Positions 11,161 to 21,279 of a DNA stretch of 64,000 bases are shown here, piece by piece. Source of the stretch: a virus; the IMG/VR virus record IMGVR_UViG_3300017971_000013, positions 1-64,000 of that record; one strand, given 5' to 3'. Both the position numbers and the translations under genes were made by a program. The first letter of the stretch is position 1. Every line of letters starts with the position of its first letter. The notes under the pieces were generated by a model, which saw nothing but the letters and a program-made list of their open reading frames with translations, was not told the DNA's origin and did no database searches.

Positions 11161-11538
11161 GTGAATTCTGAAGATCTTGCTAGGATTATTGCTGGTGTAG
11201 CTAGCGGTGACTACTCGCTACTTGTTGCTTTCTTTGTCATGGCCGTGGTTTTTGGCGTAAGAAAGTTTAAGAGCAACATTAATTCCAAAATATGGCCCTG
11301 GGTGTCGATGGTCCTCGGTACACTCACTGTTTTTGCCAGTTCTTTGTGGACTGGATTAGATTGGCTGCCAGCGGCATTGAATGCTGTGTTGGTGGGCGTT
11401 GTAGCTGGAACTTCTTCGTCTGGGTTATGGAGTATGTCTAAACCTGTGGGATCAAAGCTTGCAGAAAAGCTGCAAATCGCACAAGAAAAAGGTAAGATGA
11501 CTTCTCAAGAGGAGGAAAAGCCCCCTGAAAATGAATAG
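11161..11538 (+). CDS. Holin-like membrane protein
   Basis: About 3 TM segments, charged C-terminal tail, at the end of the tail module. Confidence 0.6.
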   Translation: MNSEDLARIIAGVASGDYSLLVAFFVMAVVFGVRKFKSNINSKIWPWVSMVLGTLTVFASSLWTGLDWLPAALNAVLVGVVAGTSSSGLWSMSKPVGSKLAEKLQIAQEKGKMTSQEEEKPPENE

Positions 11539-11547
11539 GAGATTACA

Positions 11548-12102
11548 ATGCCAACTATTACGGTCGAAGACCAATTGACCAATCCTGTGCCGAATGCGGC
11601 CGTTACTGTTGAAGAGCCATATGGTGATGTTGTTGCTTGTGGTAAAACTGACGCAGCCGGGACATTCACCATTTCTGACCTAGACGTAGATGTTGATGGC
11701 GATTATGTCATTCGCTCTACTAAGCTCAGGTACTCTACTTCCTATGACGCAGTCGATGCCGCGACTTTCAACGGCGCAGGACACACGGCTTCTATTACGT
11801 CATTAGAGGCCGACCTAGCTGCCGCTGAAGCAACTCTTATTACTATAGGATTTTCGCTCGCGGCATTTATTGAAGAATTAGGATTGGATACGCCCGCTGC
11901 TTCTTTATTAGTAGTGGATAACCACAGTGGCAATTCGTTTCAGGTCGTACTTGATGAATACCATCCTTACCTAGACTATCATTTCAAACCAACTGCGCGC
12001 CTTGATGTTTATGCTATTTCTAACTTCTGGCGGCGTACAGTTATCCTCGATCCTTCCTATGACGGGCAAAACTTCCTTTCCCTTCCGCCCGTAATTTCCT
12101 AA
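11548..12102 (+). CDS. Carboxypeptidase-regulatory-like beta-sandwich protein (virion-associated?)
   Basis: PVPNAAVTV...GKTDAAGTFTI motif; AGGAG RBS. Confidence 0.55.
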   Translation: MPTITVEDQLTNPVPNAAVTVEEPYGDVVACGKTDAAGTFTISDLDVDVDGDYVIRSTKLRYSTSYDAVDAATFNGAGHTASITSLEADLAAAEATLITIGFSLAAFIEELGLDTPAASLLVVDNHSGNSFQVVLDEYHPYLDYHFKPTARLDVYAISNFWRRTVILDPSYDGQNFLSLPPVIS

Positions 12103-12129
12103 CAATATCAGTCACTTTCGTTGAAAAAC

Positions 12130-12159
12130 TTGACAAAATAGAAAATTTAGGTGTATAAC
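12130..12159 (+). promoter_or_regulatory. Sigma70-type promoter of the replication module
   Basis: TTGACA-18 nt-TATAAC in intergenic DNA. Confidence 0.55.
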
Positions 12160-12386
12160 TCTCCTCAGGAACAATCGCAGGGGTGGCGGGGTGGCGGTTG
12201 TGGAAAACGAAAGAGAAGAAGATAAGATACTGATGTTAACTTCGTTAACTCTTCTAACAACATGATATTAATCTTCGCTTCGCTTGATTAATATGTGTTG
12301 TCATTAACGTGTTTTACATCTCTTCTAAATGAATAAACAAATGAAGAACAAATGAATAAAGTATAAAAGTGTTCTTAAGGAGAGGT

Positions 12387-13793
12387 ATGTCTAGAACTCG
12401 AGACAAACGACGGTTAAGACTGACAAACTTCTTACATGTTCCCACTGACTTAATAGAAGAAGATGAACTGCGTAAGAAACTGTTGTTTTTTAACCCATTA
12501 GCCGCAGCTAACATGTATGGCGGTAACAAGAAGAATGTAGATCCTTACTACTCTTTATTCTATGGTTATGATGAAGATGGTAACTATCTTGTGCCGCGAA
12601 CTATGTTTCCAGAATATCCACGCGATGATTCTTTTGTTCACTACATCATGGACTCTGTAAGGTTGCCACATGGCAACTTTAAACACCCACCTCTTTATCC
12701 TCATCAAAAAGAAGCTTTCAGAGCCTTGGTATCTGCAGATCCAAATCATGGGAAATCTGTCATAAGCGGTTGTGGTTCGGGAAAGACCATAATCGCTTTT
12801 GCATATATGAGATGGATTTCATGTCGTACGATAATTATCGTAGATACAGCTGTGTTGCGTGATCAGTGGATAAACGAACTTGTTACTCATTGTCGTGTAC
12901 ACATGGAGAACATAGGAATTGTTCAGGATAGAAAATTTGAGGTGGGTAAACAATTCCATGTGACTATAGCCATGTTACAGACTCTCAGGAATAGAGCTTT
13001 GACTGACAGGTTCTGGCGTAATTTTGGTCTGACAATCTATGAAGAAGGTCATCAATTTGGTGCAGAGACCTATGCAAAAGTGATGCCGCAATCCTTAGGT
13101 AAAAGATTATTACTAACTGCTACTTACAATAGACAAGATCAGAAAGATAAGGTTTATAGGTTACATGTTGGAGATCCTTGTTATAAGAATCTAGATACCC
13201 CTCATGTTCCTGACATTTGGGTGTACCCAACAGGCCTCTCTTTTATGCGTACTAATCTTGGCGCCCAGATTAGGAGATTCGAACCTTTTGGTAATTTCCA
13301 AAGAGAGAATGTTAAATCTAGAATGGCGCGAAGTCTTCCTCGTAATAAGAGATTAATAGAATTGTTAGATCGGGCATATGTGGCAGGTAGAGAGATTCTG
13401 TTTCTATCTGATAGAATCCAACAGCTTAGGTTTTTGTATGAACACTTTAAATCAAAAGCCTATGATTGTGCGATGATTTTAGGTAAGGCTCATGGTGGGA
13501 TGTCTGCTGAAGAAGCTAAGAATTATCGCATGATATTTGCCATCAAACATATTTGCGACAAAGGCTTCAATAAACGGTCACTAGATATTCTATTTGAAGG
13601 TCTGTTTTATACTTCGCCAAACTCTATACAGCAGAGGTTCGGGCGAATACTTCGTTCTTATGATGGTAAGAAGAAACCAATCGTTGTTCTTTTTGAAGAT
13701 GATGACGAGTTGTTTGTCAAACAGACAAAGAAAATGGTACAAACAGCTAAGAGGTTGTGGCCAGAATTGAAGGTACGACGATTTCAAGGATGA
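12387..13793 (+). CDS. Superfamily 2 DNA helicase (UvsW/XPB-like)
   Basis: GCGSGKT Walker A, EEGH Walker B variant, LTAT, QRFGRILR motif VI. Confidence 0.85.
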   Translation: MSRTRDKRRLRLTNFLHVPTDLIEEDELRKKLLFFNPLAAANMYGGNKKNVDPYYSLFYGYDEDGNYLVPRTMFPEYPRDDSFVHYIMDSVRLPHGNFKHPPLYPHQKEAFRALVSADPNHGKSVISGCGSGKTIIAFAYMRWISCRTIIIVDTAVLRDQWINELVTHCRVHMENIGIVQDRKFEVGKQFHVTIAMLQTLRNRALTDRFWRNFGLTIYEEGHQFGAETYAKVMPQSLGKRLLLTATYNRQDQKDKVYRLHVGDPCYKNLDTPHVPDIWVYPTGLSFMRTNLGAQIRRFEPFGNFQRENVKSRMARSLPRNKRLIELLDRAYVAGREILFLSDRIQQLRFLYEHFKSKAYDCAMILGKAHGGMSAEEAKNYRMIFAIKHICDKGFNKRSLDILFEGLFYTSPNSIQQRFGRILRSYDGKKKPIVVLFEDDDELFVKQTKKMVQTAKRLWPELKVRRFQG

Positions 13794-13796
13794 GAG

Positions 13797-14246
13797 ATGT
13801 CTGTTATTTTCAGGAAATACAATCAAGGTAAGCAAGATTGGACACTAGAAGAGCGACACGGTACCTATTACGACATAAAAGGTTATCATGTTGAACTTCA
13901 TACTTCTAAAACTTTACTTGAGATACTAGGTGGAAGTATTGGCCGTGTGAATAACTGGGAGAAACGTAAAGAACCTCAGGTATCTTTCCCACGTCCTTTG
14001 TTTAAAATCGAGGGGCATGTTGTGCCTATGAAATCTGCTATAAAGCAGAAAAATCGCGTAGGCTATTATCGTTACTACTCTACACCTCAACTTGAGATGA
14101 TTCGTGATATTGTAAAGAGATATCCAGAGATCGTAATGTGTAGAAAAACCAGTAGGTTAGACCAGTTTCTAGCAGAGGTTAGAGACCGATGGTATACTGT
14201 AGATCGTGAAGCTTACGATAAGCAAAAGGAGCAAACAGGTGGGTAG
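13797..14246 (+). CDS. MerR-like HTH DNA-binding protein
   Basis: LLEILGGSIGRVNNWEK...YRYYSTPQL pattern. Confidence 0.55.
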   Translation: MSVIFRKYNQGKQDWTLEERHGTYYDIKGYHVELHTSKTLLEILGGSIGRVNNWEKRKEPQVSFPRPLFKIEGHVVPMKSAIKQKNRVGYYRYYSTPQLEMIRDIVKRYPEIVMCRKTSRLDQFLAEVRDRWYTVDREAYDKQKEQTGG

Positions 14247-14472
14247 GAAGATAGATGAGAATGGTGTTCCGTTAGAATGGATTGTAGATGAACGCGAAGT
14301 AGGCACAACTGTAAACACGACTGGTAAATTGATTAAATCAATAGAAGGTAGGATCGTACTTCTCAAAGAAGCTCTTCAAAAAGAAAAGCGCGAACGTGTA
14401 CTTTTAGAAAATGCTCTAGAGAAGTTTAAGAAACTTCTGGAAGAGGAAGACAATGTCAGACAAAAACATTGA
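14206..14472 (+). CDS. Hypothetical coiled-coil protein (start uncertain)
   Basis: Overlapping operon ORF. Confidence 0.45.
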   Translation: MKLTISKRSKQVGRKIDENGVPLEWIVDEREVGTTVNTTGKLIKSIEGRIVLLKEALQKEKRERVLLENALEKFKKLLEEEDNVRQKH

Positions 14473-14836
14473 AGATCTGTTAATTGATGAAACGTCGATG
14501 GAAGATAGGGTGAAGCTTCTTGAAGAATTGGTGGGTTCTCTACAGGTTACTCAAAAACACATGATGGAGGCACATAACCAAATTGTTAAGAGTTTGGAAG
14601 AGGAATTTGTGCCGGTGTTGCAGAGCGATCATATTTTAATGCAACGAATGTGGGGAGTTCTCAACTCTGTATTAGCTACACTTAAACTTAAGCAGATTGC
14701 TTCTATAGATGAGATTAAGGCTATAGGTCTTAGATATATGCAAAATCTTGTTCAGCGTGGAACGCATACAAAAGATCATGTATCTGACCTTTTGAATGTG
14801 ATTGAAGCTTCTGGGATTTTCAATGCAAAAACTTGA
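14453..14836 (+). CDS. Hypothetical protein
   Basis: Operon ORF with RBS. Confidence 0.55.
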   Translation: MSDKNIEDLLIDETSMEDRVKLLEELVGSLQVTQKHMMEAHNQIVKSLEEEFVPVLQSDHILMQRMWGVLNSVLATLKLKQIASIDEIKAIGLRYMQNLVQRGTHTKDHVSDLLNVIEASGIFNAKT

Positions 14837-15368
14837 TTTCTTACAGAAAAGACTTCGTCGTCATTATGACGAATTAATAGGCCTCATAAAGCATAGAGAG
14901 GAGATTCTTTCTATGTATTATGAGGTTTTTCAACAATTAGATTTGTTAGAATCGGAGATTGCTAAAAAATCTGAACACATTAAAGGCACTGTTAATGAGC
15001 ATATCGGCTTGTTTAAAAGGGGCAAAACTATCATTTTTGATGACCCTGTGCCTGTGTTTGTCATGCGTGCCTTTTCGCAACAGATTGATCTAGAGTCTCT
15101 TGACGAGGAAGCTTACTCTCTGTTAGAAAAGAAGGGTGTGATATCGCACGAGGTGAAGGTAGACAAAGCTAGGCTGAAGAAAGAACATAAGGAGCTTTAC
15201 GAGGAGCATACTGCTCCAGCATTACATATGCAATATGTTGCATGTTCAGCTGCCAACGTTAAATTTCTTGGAGGTAAGAATGGGCCTAAAGGTAAAAAAG
15301 AAGGATCTAAAGATTCCAAAGGGAAAGCTGGTAAAAAAAGGAGACCTAGAAAGAAGGTCGAACGGTGA
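14823..15368 (+). CDS. Hypothetical protein with basic C-terminal tail
   Basis: Operon ORF. Confidence 0.5.
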   Translation: MQKLDFLQKRLRRHYDELIGLIKHREEILSMYYEVFQQLDLLESEIAKKSEHIKGTVNEHIGLFKRGKTIIFDDPVPVFVMRAFSQQIDLESLDEEAYSLLEKKGVISHEVKVDKARLKKEHKELYEEHTAPALHMQYVACSAANVKFLGGKNGPKGKKEGSKDSKGKAGKKRRPRKKVER

Positions 15369-15672
15369 GATTGTTGAAGCTAAGTCTCTCGTTTATGACG
15401 TATCTGATTTATTCCCTCAATTTAAAGGCTTAAACAATGTTCCAGAGCCCATTTTAAATGACCTGCCCAGAGCCACTTTTGGTGCAGAAAGGTCTGTGCA
15501 AACGGCTAAATTCGAATCATTGAAAGTGTTTTGTTCACTTTCCTCTCCTTATCTTCCTACACAAGATAGTAGACAAGAGCTTTTTGAGAATGCAATGGAG
15601 ACTTTAGCAGATGCTATTGCGTCGACTCAAGCCACTTGTATTGAAATGTTGGAGGATGAGGATATCATATGA
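15280..15672 (+). CDS. Hypothetical protein
   Basis: GGAGG RBS before ATG 15280; starts MGLKVKKK. Confidence 0.55.
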   Translation: MGLKVKKKDLKIPKGKLVKKGDLERRSNGEIVEAKSLVYDVSDLFPQFKGLNNVPEPILNDLPRATFGAERSVQTAKFESLKVFCSLSSPYLPTQDSRQELFENAMETLADAIASTQATCIEMLEDEDII

Positions 15673-16214
15673 GACGTTTCACACCTCGCAAGACTAAGCC
15701 GGTTTCGCAAGATCAGTTGTTGATTTGTGATGCTTTACAGCCTGTTGTTCCAGATCATTTGTTACAGCGCGCGGCAGATGCCGTTTTGAAGGTGTTAAAT
15801 GATCCTAGCAATAAAAGCTCTAATTATTCTGTAACAGGTTGTTTGCGCATCTATGATTCAATGTCTCAAAGCGAGGCGTTGACGTCTGGGGAATATACAC
15901 AGGAATGTTACCTTATTGGCATGTATCTTGAGCTGTATCATGTGGCCTTTGATATCTCTTTCACAGGGGCGCATAATTTTATGGTTAGAGATCTTCTGAC
16001 TTATTTGAGTTTGATGGAGGATTTCGATCAAGCCTGTAGAGGTTTAAAGCTTTTCTTTTCTTCACAGTTTAATTGGTTGACTTCAAAATCACCAGCGTTC
16101 TTAAGCAAGAGTCAAAATCTTAAGAAACACATACAACCAAACCTCAGTAAATCCAGTCTAAAAAAGCGCCTCAGGTTACGCCCCGCTGCTCGCACCACCA
16201 TCCGTTCTTTGTAA
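15669..16214 (+). CDS. Hypothetical protein (possible replication initiator by position)
   Basis: Immediately upstream of the DnaC-like and DnaB-like genes. Confidence 0.4.
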   Translation: MRRFTPRKTKPVSQDQLLICDALQPVVPDHLLQRAADAVLKVLNDPSNKSSNYSVTGCLRIYDSMSQSEALTSGEYTQECYLIGMYLELYHVAFDISFTGAHNFMVRDLLTYLSLMEDFDQACRGLKLFFSSQFNWLTSKSPAFLSKSQNLKKHIQPNLSKSSLKKRLRLRPAARTTIRSL

Positions 16215-16229
16215 ATAAAAAGAGGAAAA

Positions 16230-16718
16230 ATGAGGTTCTCCATTAATCAATTAGACCATTTTGGGTTTAATCTAGGTGGGTCTTACCCTATTTCTGATGC
16301 CATCAAAGACAGACTTAAAGCTTATGCAGATGCTGCTATACGTTATGATAGAAACCCTACGCCAGGTCTTGTAATTGTGTCTTTTCATACAGACGCAATT
16401 TTTAACGCTGGAGCACTGGTGTCTGACCTTTTTTTGACAATAAAAGCTGTGCCTTTTACAGAAAAAGTCTACCGCGATGCGAGCCCGGAAATATATGAGG
16501 TTGACTGTTTGGTGGTACATTCAGTCTTATCTGATATGCCCAATTGGATACTTGCAAAACTGACAAACATAATATCAGTCAGAGAAGCGGCTGAAAAGAC
16601 TACTCTGATTCATATACTTGGAAGGGGGGAAGAAAACATTAATGAAAACTTTCTAGCATTTCTTATGGCGAAAAGAGGTAGGTACTTCCACGACATTCTT
16701 ATCATAGAGGATGAGTGA
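16230..16718 (+). CDS. Degenerate DnaC/IstB-like helicase loader
   Basis: DnaC-like spacing (GLVIV...VDCLVV...IISVR...TTLI), but Walker A/B residues are absent; precedes the DnaB-like gene. Confidence 0.45.
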   Translation: MRFSINQLDHFGFNLGGSYPISDAIKDRLKAYADAAIRYDRNPTPGLVIVSFHTDAIFNAGALVSDLFLTIKAVPFTEKVYRDASPEIYEVDCLVVHSVLSDMPNWILAKLTNIISVREAAEKTTLIHILGRGEENINENFLAFLMAKRGRYFHDILIIEDE

Positions 16719-17962
16719 TGCTGCAAGAGACGAGAGCTAGAACTGTAGATTTAGAAAAACTATTACTATCTGCTCTTATTTTTGAGTGCGAAGATGATCG
16801 TCTTTCTCCTGTGTTTGAAAAACTACAGCCAGAGTTCTTTGTAAATCGTGTGCATCAAAAGGTGTATCGGCAGATCTTCGACTCGTATTCTGAATATGGA
16901 ACATTGCCAAGCGGCAATCTCATAAAGAATTCAAATCCTCAATTCGAATTAGAGGATTCTGGCGATGATTTGTTGGCTGTCACCGATTTATTCATAGATG
17001 TTGTGTTGGAGAGAAGGACTGTGGAGTTGTGTGCAAAGGTGCATAAACGCTCAGCTTTTGATACGCACGGCGCAATCGCACAAGCCATTAATGAGTTTGA
17101 AACACTACAGACTATAGCCGGGCCTGCTACAGGACAGGCAGGTGAAATTATGGAGTCTGGAGATGTGGTAACTGTCATTGATAAACATCTTGAGTCATTG
17201 TCAGAGAATGAAGAAGGCGACGTGATTAAAGGTGTGCCCACGCCTTGGCGCTATTTGAATAGGTTGATTTTAGGATGGGGACCTGGGCTACATGCATGGA
17301 TGGGTGAAAAGAAGAACATGAAAACATGGACTTCTTTGTATGGCGCTGTAGAGGCGTGGAAAGATGGATACCCTGTTGTTTATGTCACAAAAGAGATGAC
17401 GAAAGAAAGTGTAGTTTTGAGAGTAGCTTGCCTGATGTCTGGAGTTGATTTTGACTCAGTCAGAAGTGGTAAAGTGACAGACGAAGAATTAAAGGATATA
17501 AAGGCACATCTAACAGCTCTCTCTTCTCAATCTATACCATTCTATGTAGAGAGGATGGACGGTTTTGGCGTTGAGACTGTCACAAGGTTTCGATCTTTAA
17601 TAAAATCTTACGGGGCGAAGTTAGCAATATTTGATGGTGTTTACCTTGCTGGTATGAGAAAATGGGATCTCATTGGTGACATTACAACCATGCTGGCTGA
17701 AGCCGGTAACAAGTTGGATTGTGCCATACTAGCCACCATGCAGATGGAAGAAGACGGAGTTAAATACTCAAAAGCCATTCTTCAGGACTGTGAGACGGCT
17801 ACAGCGATAAAACTAAATCACATGATGCAAGAAGCAGTCGTAGAATTGCTCTTGACTCGCGACGGAACAACTGGTAAATTCCTCATAGACGCAAAACCTG
17901 CGACATCTTTTCGCGAGAAACAGCAGCCAAAGACAATGTCTCGACAGACCTTACCTATTTAA
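16715..17962 (+). CDS. DnaB-like replicative helicase
   Basis: N-terminal E..LL...F....HQKVY domain, GVPTPW..LN, GEKKNMKT, TKEM, DGVY, ATMQ motifs. Confidence 0.85.
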   Translation: MMLQETRARTVDLEKLLLSALIFECEDDRLSPVFEKLQPEFFVNRVHQKVYRQIFDSYSEYGTLPSGNLIKNSNPQFELEDSGDDLLAVTDLFIDVVLERRTVELCAKVHKRSAFDTHGAIAQAINEFETLQTIAGPATGQAGEIMESGDVVTVIDKHLESLSENEEGDVIKGVPTPWRYLNRLILGWGPGLHAWMGEKKNMKTWTSLYGAVEAWKDGYPVVYVTKEMTKESVVLRVACLMSGVDFDSVRSGKVTDEELKDIKAHLTALSSQSIPFYVERMDGFGVETVTRFRSLIKSYGAKLAIFDGVYLAGMRKWDLIGDITTMLAEAGNKLDCAILATMQMEEDGVKYSKAILQDCETATAIKLNHMMQEAVVELLLTRDGTTGKFLIDAKPATSFREKQQPKTMSRQTLPI

Positions 17963-17976
17963 CACAGGACAAGTCT

Positions 17977-20900
17977 ATGCTAGGCCAGCTTCTTTACGAC
18001 CTTTCTACTTCTTCTCCGGCACAACGTAACGATTTCGTGGAGGATTGTGAGCGCCGTTATGGTGTTTATAAAAAAGGATCTTTTTACAGACAAGATATTG
18101 AATTTGTACTTTCGTTTATTGTCGTAGAGTGGCTGAAGAATATTAGAAAAAGGCATCTAACAGCTTGTTTTGTCGGAGATACGTTTGGAGCACCCGCTAC
18201 TTTTTTCAAGAGAACTATGGAAGAAATAGGCGAGGTAAGCCTAGATATCTTTGGTTTCTCTTCAGCTAAAAGAGACAGTTTAAGAGATGTTGTTAGACAT
18301 GCATTACCAACATTCCGGTACACAAGCTGTGATCTTTGGGGTGAAGATTATAACAAGCTTCTAAACTACTTCTCTTCTATAGAGAATCTGGAATCTTTTT
18401 GTTTTTCTGCAGGCATATTTATTGAGCCGAAAAAACATCAGCGCCCGTGGTTCTTTGGAAAAGAAGGTGTGCGTGAGTGCAATCTTCATACCTTGAGCCC
18501 AACGCTTCATGCAGATTTCGTACTTGCATCTTTGGAAATGCTGTTACGTACGGTTAGAGGGCCTCTTGTTCTTTTCACAAGAAAGCCTTTTGAAGACTAC
18601 TTTGAAGATTATCAAGATTTCTTCACAGGCTACGTGAAGAGGTTATTTTTGAAAGTGTTTCATTGTAATGTTGCCAATGGGCAACTTTCGATTTTGATGC
18701 CTAAGCCAAATAATTTCTATGGCAAGGTCCCACCTCTTGTTTCAGCCATACAAACCTATGATAGAAACAAAGACTTTCAAAAAGCTTATGACACTATTCA
18801 ACTGAAACCCAAGGCTAATTTTCTACTAAAAGACGCTTTGGGTGCTTTTAGTAAGTCTATAATAAAGAGAGACTTTTGTGATTATGTAATTTCTCGGCTG
18901 CCTGATTCAAGCGAACACACTATTCGGCTGTTTGAGCAACATGAAAAAGATCCTATTGAGATTCAACAGGAAAAATTCAACGAGCGTTATACTCAGCTTA
19001 AGAAGGTAAGAACACGTAATATTATTAAAGAGTGTGATCGTAAACCACACTATGTTCGCGTGTACCTTTCTCGTAATGCTACTTCGTTGTCTTTTTCGTG
19101 CGGTAAGAGCGCGTATCCTGTGGTTATGAATTGGTTGTCTATGCAGGATAATGTTCGTTTCCCTAATGGACATGCTGTTAACACTTTTGTTATGCAGTTG
19201 AGACTTATTAATATTTACCATGATGAAACTTTTCTAGAGAGATTCGAGGCCGCAATGGTTTCTTATGGAATAGAGACGGTCGTTGATTATGCAGCCGAAA
19301 GGTTCCTTGAGAAATATCGTCGCGCAATGAAGAGAAAGACAGCGCCTTTTGAGCAATGGGTAAGACATACAAAGATTAATGGCGAAGAGACAATCGAGTG
19401 GAAAGAACACCACAAGGAAGATGGCAAGCGCAACGCTGACCCTGCTGTCTATCAGATGTTTAGGCAGCGTTTGAGAGAAGAGTTTCCTGACCCAGGCACA
19501 ACGTGGAAATATCTTTATGATGACGCTGCGCGCATGGCTATGACAGGTTGTGGGTTTGGGGGCCATAAGATGGCGCTCGGAAAAACACGTTTGGCCATTA
19601 TGTTGTGTTATGCGTTTGGTGGTAATCATAACCTGTTTGTTGTCGAAGCTAAGACTGTTAGCGAGTGGATGAAGGAGATCACTAAGCTTGGGCTGGAAGA
19701 CAAGGTTCGTCAGATTACATGCGAAGATGATCTTGATAATCTTTCATTTATTAACATAATTCCGTATACCAGACTCTGGCGCGAGCTGAGACCGGAACAT
19801 GTTCGCTATCGTGTAACTATTCTTTCTTCTGGTGAGGTTATGCCTGTAAGTAAGGATGAGTACGATATGCTCCGCGCTTCTCAGATGTCGAATGGTAAAA
19901 TGTTGCCTAAAAGAGAGCGGCAATTCGATTTTGAAAAGAAGATCCCTTTTAAACACACCTTCTGTGGTTGGTTATCTCGCAGAGGTAATATTTGTGTAGC
20001 GGTTGCAGATGAGGTACACAGAGCCTCTAATGATTCTAGCCAAGGGATTTCGTGGCAACAGTTGAAGGCCAAGCATAAATATGGAATGTCAGGTACTCTT
20101 GTCAGCAATAAGCCAAAAGCAATGCTGAGGCTTGATACCTCTGTTGCTGGGGAATGTACTCCTCTTAATCCTTACAGCTATAAACAACCTTATTATGATG
20201 TAAGTACAAAAGAATATAGCGGCTCTGGGTTTAAGAGGTTTGAAGAGCGGTTTGTCCAGTTTGTAACTGTGTACCAAAATGGTAAGCAGATAACTAAGGA
20301 AATACCTGCAGCAGCAGACAAAGAGGCATGGTGGGATTTGCACGATCCCTTGATTCTTAGGCGACGGCCAGAAGAACCTGAAGTTAATCGTGTCGTTGAT
20401 TTTTCAACCGCAGATGTCCAAGAGGTGATTGTTCGCGCAGACAAGAAGCATGTGTTGTTCTATAAGAAGTGGCTTATGGAATATGGAACATGGTTTTTGG
20501 AGAAATTATCGGGCGGAAAGAAAGCTGCGTTTGCTTCTACCAACCAGATTCTTGGACATCTTTCTAAGCTACGTCTTGTGTCAACTGTGCCAGGTTGCGA
20601 TAAAGTCTCTGGCCAAGATATTGACCCATCGTTTAGGTGGCCAGGAGGCAAGACTAAACTTCAGAATCTTATTCTTGACGATGTTAATAATATGGTTGAG
20701 AAACAAGGTTTGAAGTTCATCATTTTTTCTTCTCACCCGGATTTTTTAAAGGAGATGCACACTTACTTCACTGAAGAATATGGAATTGAGGTAGGTCTTT
20801 TTACAGGTGATATTCCTATCGATAAGAGAATTAAAACCCTGAATCATTTTAGAGATGAAGATACGATGCAGGGTTTATTAATGAGTACAGGTGCGGCGAA

Positions 20901-21279
20901 TACTGCTTACAATATTCCAGAAGCCAGCTATGTTTGGATAGCTGATTGGGACTGGGACCCTGCTAAGCTTATGCAGGCATGGCATAGAATTCTGAGAAAT
21001 GGGCAACAGTTAGAGCATCCTGTCGTGAAAATCGCTATTGTAGAGGGTACAATACAGCAATATATGAGCCAATGGGGCAAGATTAAATTAGAATCTTCGG
21101 CCGATTTGATTGATAAGCAAGATTTTGAGTTTGACCCACAAACGTGGGTAGCTTTGACTGATTTTCTCATTGCAATGATGCAGCGTGAAGGAATTCCTGG
21201 TTTTGAATCTTTTCCTGTTTCTGACAGGATTAAGAAAGCCATGGATAATAGAGAGCCGGTATTCTCGGAGGCTATGTAA
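17977..21279 (+). CDS. SNF2-family helicase with large N-terminal extension
   Basis: MALGKT, DEVH, MSGT, FSS, WDP...QAWHRILR motifs. Confidence 0.85.
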   Translation: MLGQLLYDLSTSSPAQRNDFVEDCERRYGVYKKGSFYRQDIEFVLSFIVVEWLKNIRKRHLTACFVGDTFGAPATFFKRTMEEIGEVSLDIFGFSSAKRDSLRDVVRHALPTFRYTSCDLWGEDYNKLLNYFSSIENLESFCFSAGIFIEPKKHQRPWFFGKEGVRECNLHTLSPTLHADFVLASLEMLLRTVRGPLVLFTRKPFEDYFEDYQDFFTGYVKRLFLKVFHCNVANGQLSILMPKPNNFYGKVPPLVSAIQTYDRNKDFQKAYDTIQLKPKANFLLKDALGAFSKSIIKRDFCDYVISRLPDSSEHTIRLFEQHEKDPIEIQQEKFNERYTQLKKVRTRNIIKECDRKPHYVRVYLSRNATSLSFSCGKSAYPVVMNWLSMQDNVRFPNGHAVNTFVMQLRLINIYHDETFLERFEAAMVSYGIETVVDYAAERFLEKYRRAMKRKTAPFEQWVRHTKINGEETIEWKEHHKEDGKRNADPAVYQMFRQRLREEFPDPGTTWKYLYDDAARMAMTGCGFGGHKMALGKTRLAIMLCYAFGGNHNLFVVEAKTVSEWMKEITKLGLEDKVRQITCEDDLDNLSFINIIPYTRLWRELRPEHVRYRVTILSSGEVMPVSKDEYDMLRASQMSNGKMLPKRERQFDFEKKIPFKHTFCGWLSRRGNICVAVADEVHRASNDSSQGISWQQLKAKHKYGMSGTLVSNKPKAMLRLDTSVAGECTPLNPYSYKQPYYDVSTKEYSGSGFKRFEERFVQFVTVYQNGKQITKEIPAAADKEAWWDLHDPLILRRRPEEPEVNRVVDFSTADVQEVIVRADKKHVLFYKKWLMEYGTWFLEKLSGGKKAAFASTNQILGHLSKLRLVSTVPGCDKVSGQDIDPSFRWPGGKTKLQNLILDDVNNMVEKQGLKFIIFSSHPDFLKEMHTYFTEEYGIEVGLFTGDIPIDKRIKTLNHFRDEDTMQGLLMSTGAANTAYNIPEASYVWIADWDWDPAKLMQAWHRILRNGQQLEHPVVKIAIVEGTIQQYMSQWGKIKLESSADLIDKQDFEFDPQTWVALTDFLIAMMQREGIPGFESFPVSDRIKKAMDNREPVFSEAM

